From: an uncultured Veillonella sp.
GTDB taxonomy: Bacteria; Bacillota; Negativicutes; Veillonellales; Veillonellaceae
Assembly: GCA_963518505.1 (NCBI GenBank)
Contig: CAUQIT010000012.1
Location: 6,858 to 70,857, forward strand
Length of the DNA: 64,000 nt
Direction: 5' to 3'
In this document: positions 1-9,590 of the stretch, in pieces
Layout of the letters: every line of letters starts with the position of its first letter
Position numbering within the stretch: position 1 is the first letter of the stretch
The notes under the pieces: generated by a model
Database searches by the model: none
What the model was told of the DNA's origin: nothing
What the model saw: only the letters and a program-made list of their open reading frames with translations
Translations under genes and position numbers: made by a program

Positions 1-1015
1 TATTCATCGTTCCTATGATTGAAAGATTAAATGGAATCCTAACTTTTTGATTTGGATCACCATATACAACATTTGCAATATTAGGATTTGTAATTCCATA
101 TTCACTAGTTCCGATTGGTAATTCATCATCATATCCATTTTCTTCAACTTTACGATCTAATAATTGGAATACTTCACCAAAGATAGCCGGTGCATTCCCT
201 CTATTAATTTCCTCTATAATCAGAACATAATCTCCTTCAGGATCCGCATAAGCATCTCGCAATATACTAGTAAATGGACCTGGTGTAAACTTATAGCTAA
301 TTTGGCCATCTTCCGCAACATTTGGCAATATCTGTCCGACAAAATCAGAATATGTGTAGTCTGGATGAAAAACTAGACGCTCCACATGACTTTCTGGAGT
401 GCAATATTCATGTTGTATGGTCCAACTTTTTCCTGAACCTGGAACACCATATAATAAAATGTTAGTACCTGTTTTTGGTCTACAATCTTCACAAGATACA
501 TCTTTTACTATATTAGATTCAACATGTGTATGCATATTTCTTAAAGCATCATCATGAATCCAATCTGTATTATTTAAATAAAAATATAATAATTCTTTTC
601 GAAAAGCACATGCAAACTCTGTTCCTTTTAATTGTTGCGCAAAACCATTCATCTTTGCCATATTAATTGTTTCATTTTTTATTTGCTTTGAAAGGGTATT
701 CTTTGCATTCGAATGTTTAACTTTAAATGTACAAATAATAGGCTCTCCGTCATCATCAGAAACTATCCCTAAAAGAACTCCTTTTTTATCTTGGAGAATC
801 TTTTCTTCTATATAATTATTTGATACACCCTTTATCTGAATTCTTTGCTCGTTACTAAGAGCCTCCCTTCCTCCAAAAGTAACTTCTTTCGCACAAACAA
901 AGTAAGTTCCATGGTTCATTGTTATAACTTCAAATATCTCACTTTCGTTATCAATTTGAGTTACAGTTGTATTCTCATCATATATATTAAATAATGATTC
1001 TAGCTTTTTTTTCAC
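1..1015 (-). CDS. McrB-like AAA+ GTPase restriction subunit (LlaJI.R1-like). The N-terminal part is present and the 3' end runs off the window.
   Basis: My own translation of the minus strand starts at GTG 1015..1013, which overlaps the upstream stop TAG by 1 nt. It stays open to position 1. It reads ...NILLYGVPGSGKSW... (Walker A), HPDYTYSDFVGQ, IIEEINRGNAPAIFGEVFQLLDR and ends ...SIIGTMN. These are the McrB-family signature blocks. The ORF is missing from the ORF track because no stop lies inside the window. Confidence 0.8.
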   Translation of the reverse strand, partial: MKKKLESLFNIYDENTTVTQIDNESEIFEVITMNHGTYFVCAKEVTFGGREALSNEQRIQIKGVSNNYIEEKILQDKKGVLLGIVSDDDGEPIICTFKVKHSNAKNTLSKQIKNETINMAKMNGFAQQLKGTEFACAFRKELLYFYLNNTDWIHDDALRNMHTHVESNIVKDVSCEDCRPKTGTNILLYGVPGSGKSWTIQHEYCTPESHVERLVFHPDYTYSDFVGQILPNVAEDGQISYKFTPGPFTSILRDAYADPEGDYVLIIEEINRGNAPAIFGEVFQLLDRKVEENGYDDELPIGTSEYGITNPNIANVVYGDPNQKVRIPFNLSIIGTMN

Positions 1016-2085
1016 TATTGTTCACCATCACTTTTTTTAAAGTATTGTTTCATAATACTGGTTGCAATTAACGCTACCATGTCAACTGGAACTGCATTTC
1101 CAACTTGTCTCCATTGGTCTTTAAAGTCACCACATATTATATACTCATCATCAAAAGTTTGAATTCTCTTAATCTCATTAATTCTTAAGAATCTATTCGT
1201 CCAATGAAATGGGCCCATATTATTGGAAAAACTAGCTTGAATAGTCCATGACGGCCTATTCGGAGATAGTTTTAATAAAAACGACCAGTATCTTGACCTC
1301 CATTTAAAAATAGGCTTAGGATATCCTCTTTTTTCTGTGAAAAACAGATAATTATCTCCTGGAGGAACTAGCTTAAGCAACTCTTTATGTCTTGAACCAG
1401 CTTGCATCTGCTCATCCTCTGGTAAAGAGTAATCCAAATCTCCAATAGCCTCCTTACAGGTAACCCAAATTTTTTTTCCATCGATACCATTTGGATATTT
1501 TTCAGGATTATAATGTGTTTCATCTGGAAATATAAACTTATCAGCAAAATCCTTTCTCACACCAATACAAATAAATCTTTCTCTAGTTTGAGGTATCCCA
1601 TAATTTGCTGTGTTAACAACCTTATATGTTATTTCATAATTAAATTCTTCTGCTTTATTTTTTAATAATTCGAATGCATCCTTATGAGGTTTATATATAA
1701 ATCCATGAACATTTTCAAAGAAAAATATCTTTGGTCTTATTTCCTCTAACGCTCTAAAATATTCAAAAAGAGTAAATGAGTTTTCATCTTCTAATGCTCT
1801 TTTTTTATCAGTTCGATAAAATCGTGACTTAGAATAAGCTGGGCAAGGAGGGCCTCCCACAAGCACATCAACATCTGTTTTTTTCATCTCAAGTTTCATA
1901 AGCTGATCTTCATAGTTAATATTTCTTATATCATCACAGACAACCAACCTCCCTACTTCATTTCTAGTTAATGTATCGCAAGCAGTTTGCCAAAAATCTG
2001 TCGAGAAACATATATCAAATCCTGCTTTTTTAAAACCACAATCGATACCACCACCACCTGAAAAAATACTTAATACATTTGGCAT
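1015..2085 (-). CDS. DNA (cytosine-5)-methyltransferase, second of a pair
   Basis: Motif I is FSGGGG, motif IV is GGPPCPAYS (PCP instead of the usual PCQ), motif VI is ENV, motif VIII is QTRER and motif X is GNAVP. The ATG at 2085 overlaps the upstream TAA by 1 nt (TAATG) and has an AAGGAG ~9 nt upstream. The track ORF extends to 2136. Confidence 0.9.
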   Translation of the reverse strand: MPNVLSIFSGGGGIDCGFKKAGFDICFSTDFWQTACDTLTRNEVGRLVVCDDIRNINYEDQLMKLEMKKTDVDVLVGGPPCPAYSKSRFYRTDKKRALEDENSFTLFEYFRALEEIRPKIFFFENVHGFIYKPHKDAFELLKNKAEEFNYEITYKVVNTANYGIPQTRERFICIGVRKDFADKFIFPDETHYNPEKYPNGIDGKKIWVTCKEAIGDLDYSLPEDEQMQAGSRHKELLKLVPPGDNYLFFTEKRGYPKPIFKWRSRYWSFLLKLSPNRPSWTIQASFSNNMGPFHWTNRFLRINEIKRIQTFDDEYIICGDFKDQWRQVGNAVPVDMVALIATSIMKQYFKKSDGEQ

Positions 2086-3143
2086 TAATCTAAACTCTCC
2101 TTTACAAACTCTATCATAGCTTTTCCCATGAGACATGGTACAGCATTACCTATTTGCTTTTGTATTGATCTCCTACTGCCACAAAACTTATACCCTTTAG
2201 GAAAAGTCTGAATTGCTGCTACTTCAGGTACTCTTAACCTTCTATTATCCCAATGAAAAGGACCCACCCAAGGTCCTGGCTGCGCACATATTGTCCATGA
2301 TGGTTGATCAGGTGATAATTTAAGCAAAAAATTCCAAAATCTTTTATCTGCAACAAATTTAGGATTAGGGTATCCAGCCCAAGCTGTTAGCGCTTTATAA
2401 TTCATACCTTGAGGCACCTCGCATAAATCATCATGGTAAGTACCACCTTTTGTTACTTCATATTCTTCAAAATATTCAGGTCCTTCATAGCCTAAAATAA
2501 CATCTCCTACATTTACATAAGGCAACAAACCTTCTTTTTCTGCGCATTCGGGCCTACCATGAGTTTTTTTTGGTTCAGCACTCTTAAATTCATTTTTTGT
2601 TCCTAATATAAACAGTCTCTTTCTTTTTTGCGGAACACCATACTCTAGCGCATTCGCACGGATAATCTTATACTTATATCCTGCCTCCTCTATAATTTCA
2701 ATAAACTTATCTACTATTACCTTATTTGATGGATGCATCAAACTTTCAACATTCTCGAAAACGAAACCGTCTGGATTTAAATCAGTAACCACTCTTAAAT
2801 ATTCATTAACTAAATTTGCTCGTGGATCATTAATCCCTTTTCTAACATTATTGGTTACCCAATATCCCGCTTTAGAAAATGGCTGACAAGGTGCTCCACC
2901 AATCACTATAAATTTATTTGGCTTCTCTTCATCCACATACATTTTAAGAGTCTCACTTTTAATTTCATGAAGGTCACCTTCTAATATTTTGGTCCCACCA
3001 AAATATTCTTCATTAGCTTTTAAAGTCTCAATACAATCATGATCAAAATCTGTACTTAAAATAACAGGAATACCAGCCATATGACTAGAAATATCTAAAC
3101 CTCCTGCTCCTGAAAATAAGCTAATTGAAACTATCTTTTTCAT
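2085..3143 (-). CDS. DNA (cytosine-5)-methyltransferase, first of a pair
   Basis: Carries the FSGAGG, GGAPCQPFS, ENV, QKRKR and GNAVP motifs of Dcm-type m5C methyltransferases. Confidence 0.92.
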   Translation of the reverse strand: MKKIVSISLFSGAGGLDISSHMAGIPVILSTDFDHDCIETLKANEEYFGGTKILEGDLHEIKSETLKMYVDEEKPNKFIVIGGAPCQPFSKAGYWVTNNVRKGINDPRANLVNEYLRVVTDLNPDGFVFENVESLMHPSNKVIVDKFIEIIEEAGYKYKIIRANALEYGVPQKRKRLFILGTKNEFKSAEPKKTHGRPECAEKEGLLPYVNVGDVILGYEGPEYFEEYEVTKGGTYHDDLCEVPQGMNYKALTAWAGYPNPKFVADKRFWNFLLKLSPDQPSWTICAQPGPWVGPFHWDNRRLRVPEVAAIQTFPKGYKFCGSRRSIQKQIGNAVPCLMGKAMIEFVKESLD

Positions 3144-3464
3144 ATATATTTTATCTCCTATAATACAAATATTTTACAGTATTACTACTTTTTTTATACA
3201 CAGTATTACCATACCTAATTGAATTAGATACATATAAATTTATTAATAAATAATCTAATATATATTCATAAATACATTCTATATTCAGTAGTGATTTAAA
3301 CATTTTTAACAAAAATATTTCTCAAAAAAAGATTCTGTGTATATGATTAATATTATCCATAGTGATTACCTCGTGATATCTTGTAATTTAGCACTATAAT
3401 CATACCACGAAATCACTATGGATTTTTTATATTCAAATATACAATTAACCTTAAGCCAGACATT

Positions 3465-4529
3465 TTATTTTATAGTCGTTTTCCTTATATATTCAAATAA
3501 ATAAGCCATAGCTTCTTCTAAACTAAAAAAATTTCTACTCTCGCTAGAAGAACGCCTACCATTATTTTTAACTACAACATTTACACTTTTTCTTTTCATC
3601 TCTATATAAATCTCTTTATTTGGTAACCCTGTAGATCTACCTATCCAATGATAATTATCAATCATATTCCAATTATATAAAAAGTGTATTTTCTCAAGAG
3701 CATTTCTCATCTCTACAGCACTATGATATCTTTTTTCAGGTAAAGGATTACAAGCCTTCTTAATTATCTTCTGAATTTTTAGTGGAACATATGGTTCTTG
3801 CTGTATTTTTCCAATTAATTTTCCCTTTCTTATAAGACTTTCAAAGTTAGGTATATTTTGCAAAAACAAACTCCAGTTTGATATGTTATTTACCATCCTG
3901 AACATCGTCATACCTAATGCAAAAATATCTGTTTCTACCGTTGCAATAGAACAGTCGACAAAAGTTTCTGGGGCAGCATGAAATCTATACCATCTCCATG
4001 GAATAATTACGCCTCCTAATGCCGTTGACAATCCAAAATCCGATAATTTAGGTATATCATTATCAAGCAAAATATTTGCAGGTTTTATATCTCTATGTAT
4101 AATACCTTTTAAATGAGAAAATTCAACTGCAAACAAGATATCCTTAATATAATGTATACTCTCAGCAATAGGGATGAATCTATTTCTAAGTAGACTTTCA
4201 AGCGAAGTTCCGTTTGCTAATTCCATATCCACAACAAAAACCAGTTCAGAATTGAAGTTGAGCAACTCACCACTATTTATTCTAATAATATTGTTATGCC
4301 GGCATTCATATGGGATTGCTGCTTCATTAAAAAGTTCATATGCTTTTCTAGGATTTGAAACTTCCAATATCTTAATAGCCTTTTCCGCATTTAAAACTCT
4401 ATCTACAGCTTTATAAACTGCACCAAATCCACCATTCCCCAACTTAGCTATTAGTTTATATTTTCCAATTTCTTCACCAGAATAATCAATTTCAATATCC
4501 ATATTACTTCCCAATCTCAAACCACGCAA
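3465..4529 (-). CDS. Soluble Hanks-type Ser/Thr protein kinase with an unassigned ~70-aa C-terminal domain
   Basis: Carries a G-loop GNGGFGAVYKA, the lysine in AIKIL, HRDIKPANILL, DFG and AAPE. I see no TM, PASTA or FHA segment. An alternative start is the ATG at 4502, 1 nt after the upstream stop (TAAtATG). Confidence 0.85.
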   Translation of the reverse strand: MRGLRLGSNMDIEIDYSGEEIGKYKLIAKLGNGGFGAVYKAVDRVLNAEKAIKILEVSNPRKAYELFNEAAIPYECRHNNIIRINSGELLNFNSELVFVVDMELANGTSLESLLRNRFIPIAESIHYIKDILFAVEFSHLKGIIHRDIKPANILLDNDIPKLSDFGLSTALGGVIIPWRWYRFHAAPETFVDCSIATVETDIFALGMTMFRMVNNISNWSLFLQNIPNFESLIRKGKLIGKIQQEPYVPLKIQKIIKKACNPLPEKRYHSAVEMRNALEKIHFLYNWNMIDNYHWIGRSTGLPNKEIYIEMKRKSVNVVVKNNGRRSSSESRNFFSLEEAMAYLFEYIRKTTIK

Positions 4530-4941
4530 TTAATGTAGCTTGCATTTCTTCATCCGTTCTAAAACGCATATCTGAAAAATGCTCCGTACAATTTATTATT
4601 TTTACTTTCTTCCCCGCTGTAATCCACTGATTGCTTCTTTCAGTAACAGCTATATTATTTTGACTACACAACAAATTTAAAACTCCAATTGAAAAGTGCA
4701 TATAAGGTATCTGCTTTATATTAACATTTAAAGATAGCTTATATACAATAGTATCAGGGTGAAATTTTGTAATTAATTCAGTAAAGATATTATGGAAATT
4801 CATCATCAATCTCCCTGTATGTGTATCTATTTGAAAACTTTGCTTTCCAGTCTCCAAAAGAACAGCAGACTCCATATTTGATCCATCAACAACAGAATAC
4901 CATAGTTCATTTTTCTTTATTGCAATACCAAGGCTTTTCAT
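4504..4941 (-). CDS. Hypothetical 145-aa protein, possibly of a non-catalytic RNase-H-like / DUF3010-like fold
   Basis: The ORF is tightly coupled to the kinase gene. The N-terminus MKSLGIAIKKNELWYSVVDG resembles the first strand-turn-strand of the RuvX/RuvC/DUF3010 layout but lacks the acidic residue. The family assignment is from memory only. Confidence 0.55.
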   Translation of the reverse strand: MKSLGIAIKKNELWYSVVDGSNMESAVLLETGKQSFQIDTHTGRLMMNFHNIFTELITKFHPDTIVYKLSLNVNIKQIPYMHFSIGVLNLLCSQNNIAVTERSNQWITAGKKVKIINCTEHFSDMRFRTDEEMQATLIAWFEIGK

Positions 4942-5242
4942 AGATTTATAACTCCTTAAATTATTTTATTACTGACATAGTAATACTTTGTTATACCAAT
5001 ATATTAAATTCTTCACTTACAAAAATAATCCATGAAGCAGAAATTTCGATAATATGTATATCAAGCTTCTCTACTAAAAACTATATCAACATTTTGTCAA
5101 CACACCCCTACTTCAATAGTCTTATCTACTCAAACTCCAAAAAGTCCTTGATTTCATGCGGTTTCCATACTATTCCCCCATCTCGATTTTAGACCATATC
5201 ACCCCTTAAAAAGCCCCATATTTACTAAAGTTTTATACACTT

Positions 5243-6625
5243 TTAATTCTGTACTTTAGTCAGCAACGCCACGGCCTCAACATGATACGTCTGCGGGAAC
5301 ATATCTACTGGTTGGACTTTCACTAATTGATAGCCATATCTCGTTAATATTTCTATATCTCGTGCCATAGAGGATGGATTACAAGATACATACACCATCC
5401 GTTCTGGCGCCATGCCAACGGCAGCGTGTAATACATCTTCTTTACAGCCTGCACGGATGGGATCAAATACGATGACATCTGGCTTGATACCTTGTTTATA
5501 CAATCTGGGCATTTCTACGGCTGCATCGCCTACGATAAATTCTGTATTACTATATCCATTTCGTTCTGCATTCTTTTTCGCATCTGCAATAGCAGGTTCA
5601 ACAATTTCAATACCGATAACATGTTTTGCTTTGTGCGCCAAGAACAAGGAAATAGTTCCTGTTCCACAATAAGCATCAATCACCGTTTCATGGCCTTTCA
5701 ATTCTGCAAATTCCAAGGCTGTATCGTATAACACGGTGGTTTGTTCTGGATTCACTTGAAAGAAAGAATGGGGTGACAACTGAAAGGATAAATCTTTAAT
5801 ATAATCTGTAATTTGGTCTTTTCCATAGATCGTACGATTCGCAGGTCCTAAGATGACATTCGTTTGTTTTGGATTGTGATTCACTACGATGGATGTTACC
5901 TTTGGTAACGCTGTTACGATACGGTCTACCAATTCTGATTCACGAGGAATATTAGCAGTCCGACTCACAAGAATAACCATCCATTCATCTTTTCCAATAC
6001 GTCCAATAACATGACGAAGAACACCTCTTCCTGTATGCTCATCATAAGGCTCGATACCTAATTCATGCGTAGACTCATAGCAAACTTTACGAATCTCATC
6101 ATTGCCCACATCTTGAATCGGGCACTGTTCATGGTTAATGATGCTATGGGATCCCTTTTGGTAAAATCCCATACGGATGTTGCCGATGGTTCCACCTACA
6201 GGCATTTGCATTTTATTACGATATCGCCAAGGCTCCTCTGGGCCTATGCAAGGTAAGACCAAATTAGGGTCACATTTGGCGATACGTTCTATTACCGATT
6301 TCACAGATTCTGTTTTCAAGTGCAATTGTTCTGCATAGGATGCATGTTGTAATTGGCAGCCCCCACAATTACCATATACCTTACATTCTGGGGCCACTCG
6401 CTCTGCTGACGGTGTGAGCACCTCTACAATATCCCCTACAGCATAATTCTTTTTGACTATGGTAATCTTCACTTGTACCGTTTCATTCGGCAATGCATAG
6501 GGTACAAATACAGTAAAGCCTTCGTATCTGCCTACCCCTTCACCACTACTGCCAGTGCCGTGAATTTCTATCGTATATGTATGTCCAACGCACACCGGTG
6601 CTTTCTGTTGTTTCTTCTCACTCAT
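5243..6625 (-). CDS. rlmD: 23S rRNA (uracil-5)-methyltransferase, RumA/RlmD family (TRAM domain, Fe-S cysteines, SAM methyltransferase)
   Basis: Has an N-terminal TRAM-like region, the CGGCQLQH cluster motif, the SAM-binding DAYCGTGT motif and a C-terminal VSCNP. Confidence 0.9.
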   Translation of the reverse strand: MSEKKQQKAPVCVGHTYTIEIHGTGSSGEGVGRYEGFTVFVPYALPNETVQVKITIVKKNYAVGDIVEVLTPSAERVAPECKVYGNCGGCQLQHASYAEQLHLKTESVKSVIERIAKCDPNLVLPCIGPEEPWRYRNKMQMPVGGTIGNIRMGFYQKGSHSIINHEQCPIQDVGNDEIRKVCYESTHELGIEPYDEHTGRGVLRHVIGRIGKDEWMVILVSRTANIPRESELVDRIVTALPKVTSIVVNHNPKQTNVILGPANRTIYGKDQITDYIKDLSFQLSPHSFFQVNPEQTTVLYDTALEFAELKGHETVIDAYCGTGTISLFLAHKAKHVIGIEIVEPAIADAKKNAERNGYSNTEFIVGDAAVEMPRLYKQGIKPDVIVFDPIRAGCKEDVLHAAVGMAPERMVYVSCNPSSMARDIEILTRYGYQLVKVQPVDMFPQTYHVEAVALLTKVQN

Positions 6626-6816
6626 CTATATATCCTTTAATCCAAGTAATTTGTTTCTATCATTATGTTATTATATCATTTTTTATCTGTTCCTAACACG
6701 TCTATATATCTCATACTACCTAGTCTAATTCCCACACATGCACACCATTTATATCATTAATCTAAGTACCTTAGTAAACGTCTATTTAGCATTTGCTGAA
6801 AATATTACTACGAAGC

Positions 6817-6869
6817 AAATAAAAAGCATATAGCCTTCATTGATGTACGACATCATGAAAACTATATGC
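6817..6869 (-). terminator. Rho-independent terminator downstream of the TerC-family gene
   Basis: Arms gcatatag / ctatatgc enclose a second inner stem. On the minus strand a TTTTTATTT tract follows. Confidence 0.45.
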
Positions 6870-7003
6870 CTATGTTATACATAAAAGCTATTTGTTGAGG
6901 TTTGTCTATTGCCATCCTCTCAAAATATAGTATAGAACTTTATTTACTGACTAGTGTCTCATATATAATAAGATATATAGAGAATACTTTTACAATCTCC
7001 AGT

Positions 7004-7666
7004 TTATTTCATCAATCGATTACGAATCATTGCCGCACCTAATACCAATACGACACATCCAATATGAAATGGTAAGCTATATGGTTCAATGTATGGCGTT
7101 GCCATTGGATCATGTTGAATCATGCTTGCAGAGACCCAACCTAAGATACCGCCACCTACATACAAAATGACAGGGAATTTATCGATTAGTTTTACAAAGA
7201 TAGTACTACCCCAAACAATGATTGGTACGGTCACTAACATCCCTGCCACCACAAGGCCGAAATGACCTTCTGCTGCTGCTACAACACCTAGCACATTATC
7301 GATGCCCATCACACCGTCTGCAATGATGATAGTAGCAATGGCACCCCAGATGTTATCTTTTGCTTCAATATTGTGTTCATTATCACCATCTTTTAATAAG
7401 GAGTAACCAATCCAAAGCAACATAATACCGCCAACGATACGTAATGCTGGAATGTTATCTAAGGCTTCGATAAAAAGAATCGCCATAATTAAGCGTAAGC
7501 CAATGGCGCCAGCGGTACCCCAAAAAATAGCGCGCTTGCGCAACGTTTCCGGCAAATTTTTCGCAGCCATGCCGATGACAATGGCATTGTCCCCTGCTAA
7601 TAATATATCAATAATAATAATTTGTAGAATTGCTAATAACCCTTGTGTTGATGTAATATCCACCAT
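7004..7666 (-). CDS. TerC/YjbE-family integral membrane protein
   Basis: A polytopic protein with the duplicated GDNAIVIG / GIDNVLGV motifs typical of the TerC family. Confidence 0.85.
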   Translation of the reverse strand: MVDITSTQGLLAILQIIIIDILLAGDNAIVIGMAAKNLPETLRKRAIFWGTAGAIGLRLIMAILFIEALDNIPALRIVGGIMLLWIGYSLLKDGDNEHNIEAKDNIWGAIATIIIADGVMGIDNVLGVVAAAEGHFGLVVAGMLVTVPIIVWGSTIFVKLIDKFPVILYVGGGILGWVSASMIQHDPMATPYIEPYSLPFHIGCVVLVLGAAMIRNRLMK

Positions 7667-7866
7667 TTCCTCCTATATATACTACTTAGAATACATTTTA
7701 TTATATCATAGAGAACATGTAAAACAAAGGATAGCCGATTCAAATGAACCGACTATCCATCTAGTATGTTAGAATCTACACAACCGTAGTTTCCTATCTT
7801 TTATTTTGTGTAACTACACTTTGCAATTAGATGTTCTTTCTGTTTTACAACAAATCAATGACTTCT

Positions 7867-8700
7867 CTAATTTAGAATATATACTTTCACTGTACGACGA
7901 CCAAATTGTATGGCCTCATCATAACTATCCATAGCCACATCGATGCGGTGACCTACAATATCGCCACCAGTATCATCTGCCACAGCATAGCCATATCCTT
8001 CTACATACACCTCTGTGCCCAATGGAATCACATTAGGATCTACCGATACATATCCTCGGCGCAATGCATGTCCTCGTGCTGTATAAGAACCTGATTCTTG
8101 ACTAGTATAAGCAGTAGCCTCCATCTCTATGGTTTTTCTATAGGATGATGGCTTGCGACCTTTTTGGAAGGTACTATGTGTTGTGTTCGATAACTTAGAC
8201 CATGTAGTAGCATCTAAGATACCAGTTTCACGTATCCCATGATACCGTTGAAAGCGAAGTAAGGCTTCTTTTGTGCCACTACCAAATACGCCATCAATGG
8301 AACCAGGAGAAAATCCACTATCTTCTAATTTACTTTGTAATTCTTCTATTTGTCGACCGCGATCACCAAACCGTGATACCTCGACAGTACGGGTATTTCG
8401 AGATGTTTGTTGCCCCTCGAATTGTTTTTGATTCTCTAGTAAAGCACGCATTGTTTCTTTGCCTACTCTACCATCTGGAGTTAACCCGTGTTCTTTCTGA
8501 AAGACGAGTACTGCGTATTCTGTATTATTCCCAAACACTCCATCTGCTGTATCAAGCAAATAGCCTTGGGCTACTAACAACGCTTGTAACTCTTCTACTT
8601 CAGCTCCACGATCTCCACGTCCCGATGTTGCCAAGGCTGTCACCATGGAACATACAAAAAGGAGAATCGCTATAAGAGTTATTTTTTTCACGATGTTCAC
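7867..8700 (-). CDS. Secreted cell-wall protein with two peptidoglycan-binding (PG_binding_1) repeats and a C-terminal 3D domain
   Basis: Has a signal peptide and a twice-repeated LQ..L...G......DG.FG..T..A...FQ motif. The C-terminus reads TAYT...VDPNVIPLGT...ADDTGG...IDV. Confidence 0.85.
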   Translation of the reverse strand: MNIVKKITLIAILLFVCSMVTALATSGRGDRGAEVEELQALLVAQGYLLDTADGVFGNNTEYAVLVFQKEHGLTPDGRVGKETMRALLENQKQFEGQQTSRNTRTVEVSRFGDRGRQIEELQSKLEDSGFSPGSIDGVFGSGTKEALLRFQRYHGIRETGILDATTWSKLSNTTHSTFQKGRKPSSYRKTIEMEATAYTSQESGSYTARGHALRRGYVSVDPNVIPLGTEVYVEGYGYAVADDTGGDIVGHRIDVAMDSYDEAIQFGRRTVKVYILN

Positions 8701-9069
8701 CTCATATCTAAATGCTTATACATTTTACCATTTTTTGGGACATACGTCAAAAAAACAGGCCTTTTTTAACACTTTAACACCACTTAGTGCCTATTTTTAA
8801 CGCATTTTTCCCACATATAGTATAAATTCCCACTCACAGGAAATACCACCTACTACATATGTACACTAAAAATGTTAGTTTCGCTCAATTTCTATGGTAA
8901 ATATGCATATACATAGGGGTACTATACTAAATTGGCATAATAAATCATTTCAATATGATATGATACAAACGTTTTACATATTAAAAATGGTCATAATAAA
9001 AAAGCTCACTAAAATAACTAATTATAATTCAAGTGAACTTTTTATGATAAATCTTTTAATATAAATTGT

Positions 9070-9327
9070 TTAAAATGCCGTAATTGTTGCTAGCAATCCA
9101 AAGATTACTCCCGGCAAGTTTGCTGCTGACAAAGGATAGTCCTTTTTTTCTTTTAAAAGTCCATAACTTGTCCATATTGCACAGTTAATCGTCGCTGCCA
9201 ACGGCTGCAGAAAAAATGTTTTATGCCCAGCCAAGTTTCCCATTATTTGTGGAACATAAGACACATACATGATGACAGAAAGTATTGTTCCAATCCATCC
9301 TACAATTTTTAAATTTTTTTCACTCAT
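9070..9327 (-). CDS. SemiSWEET (PQ-loop/MtN3) small sugar transporter
   Basis: An 85-aa protein with three TM helices and a VPQI motif. Confidence 0.75.
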   Translation of the reverse strand: MSEKNLKIVGWIGTILSVIMYVSYVPQIMGNLAGHKTFFLQPLAATINCAIWTSYGLLKEKKDYPLSAANLPGVIFGLLATITAF

Positions 9328-9590
9328 TTTATTTTCTCCTATTTTCTAAGTTCAATTAACTTGTATGTTTTAGTAGTATATCACAAAATATTAGGAAATC
9401 AACACTTACATTAAAATTTTTCTATATAATATATTCATGACATACATTATACAAGATAAACTGAAGTATATTTTTAGTAACAACAATATGATTATATGAA
9501 TTTAATTTTCTTATAAATTAAAAAAGCTGTAATGAAAGTTTCCTTTCACTACAGCTTATATAGAGCCTCTACTCTCTATGTATAATGCAA

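Noticed and set aside
164-376. A 70-aa plus-strand ORF
   Set aside because: It is antisense to the well-supported McrB-like coding frame and has no recognisable features.
7667-7866. A yybP-ykoY (Mn2+) riboswitch upstream of the TerC-family gene
   Set aside because: No conserved yybP-ykoY elements are visible. The only clear structure is a hairpin followed by a U-run (~7728..7765, minus strand), which looks like the terminator of the upstream 3D-domain gene.
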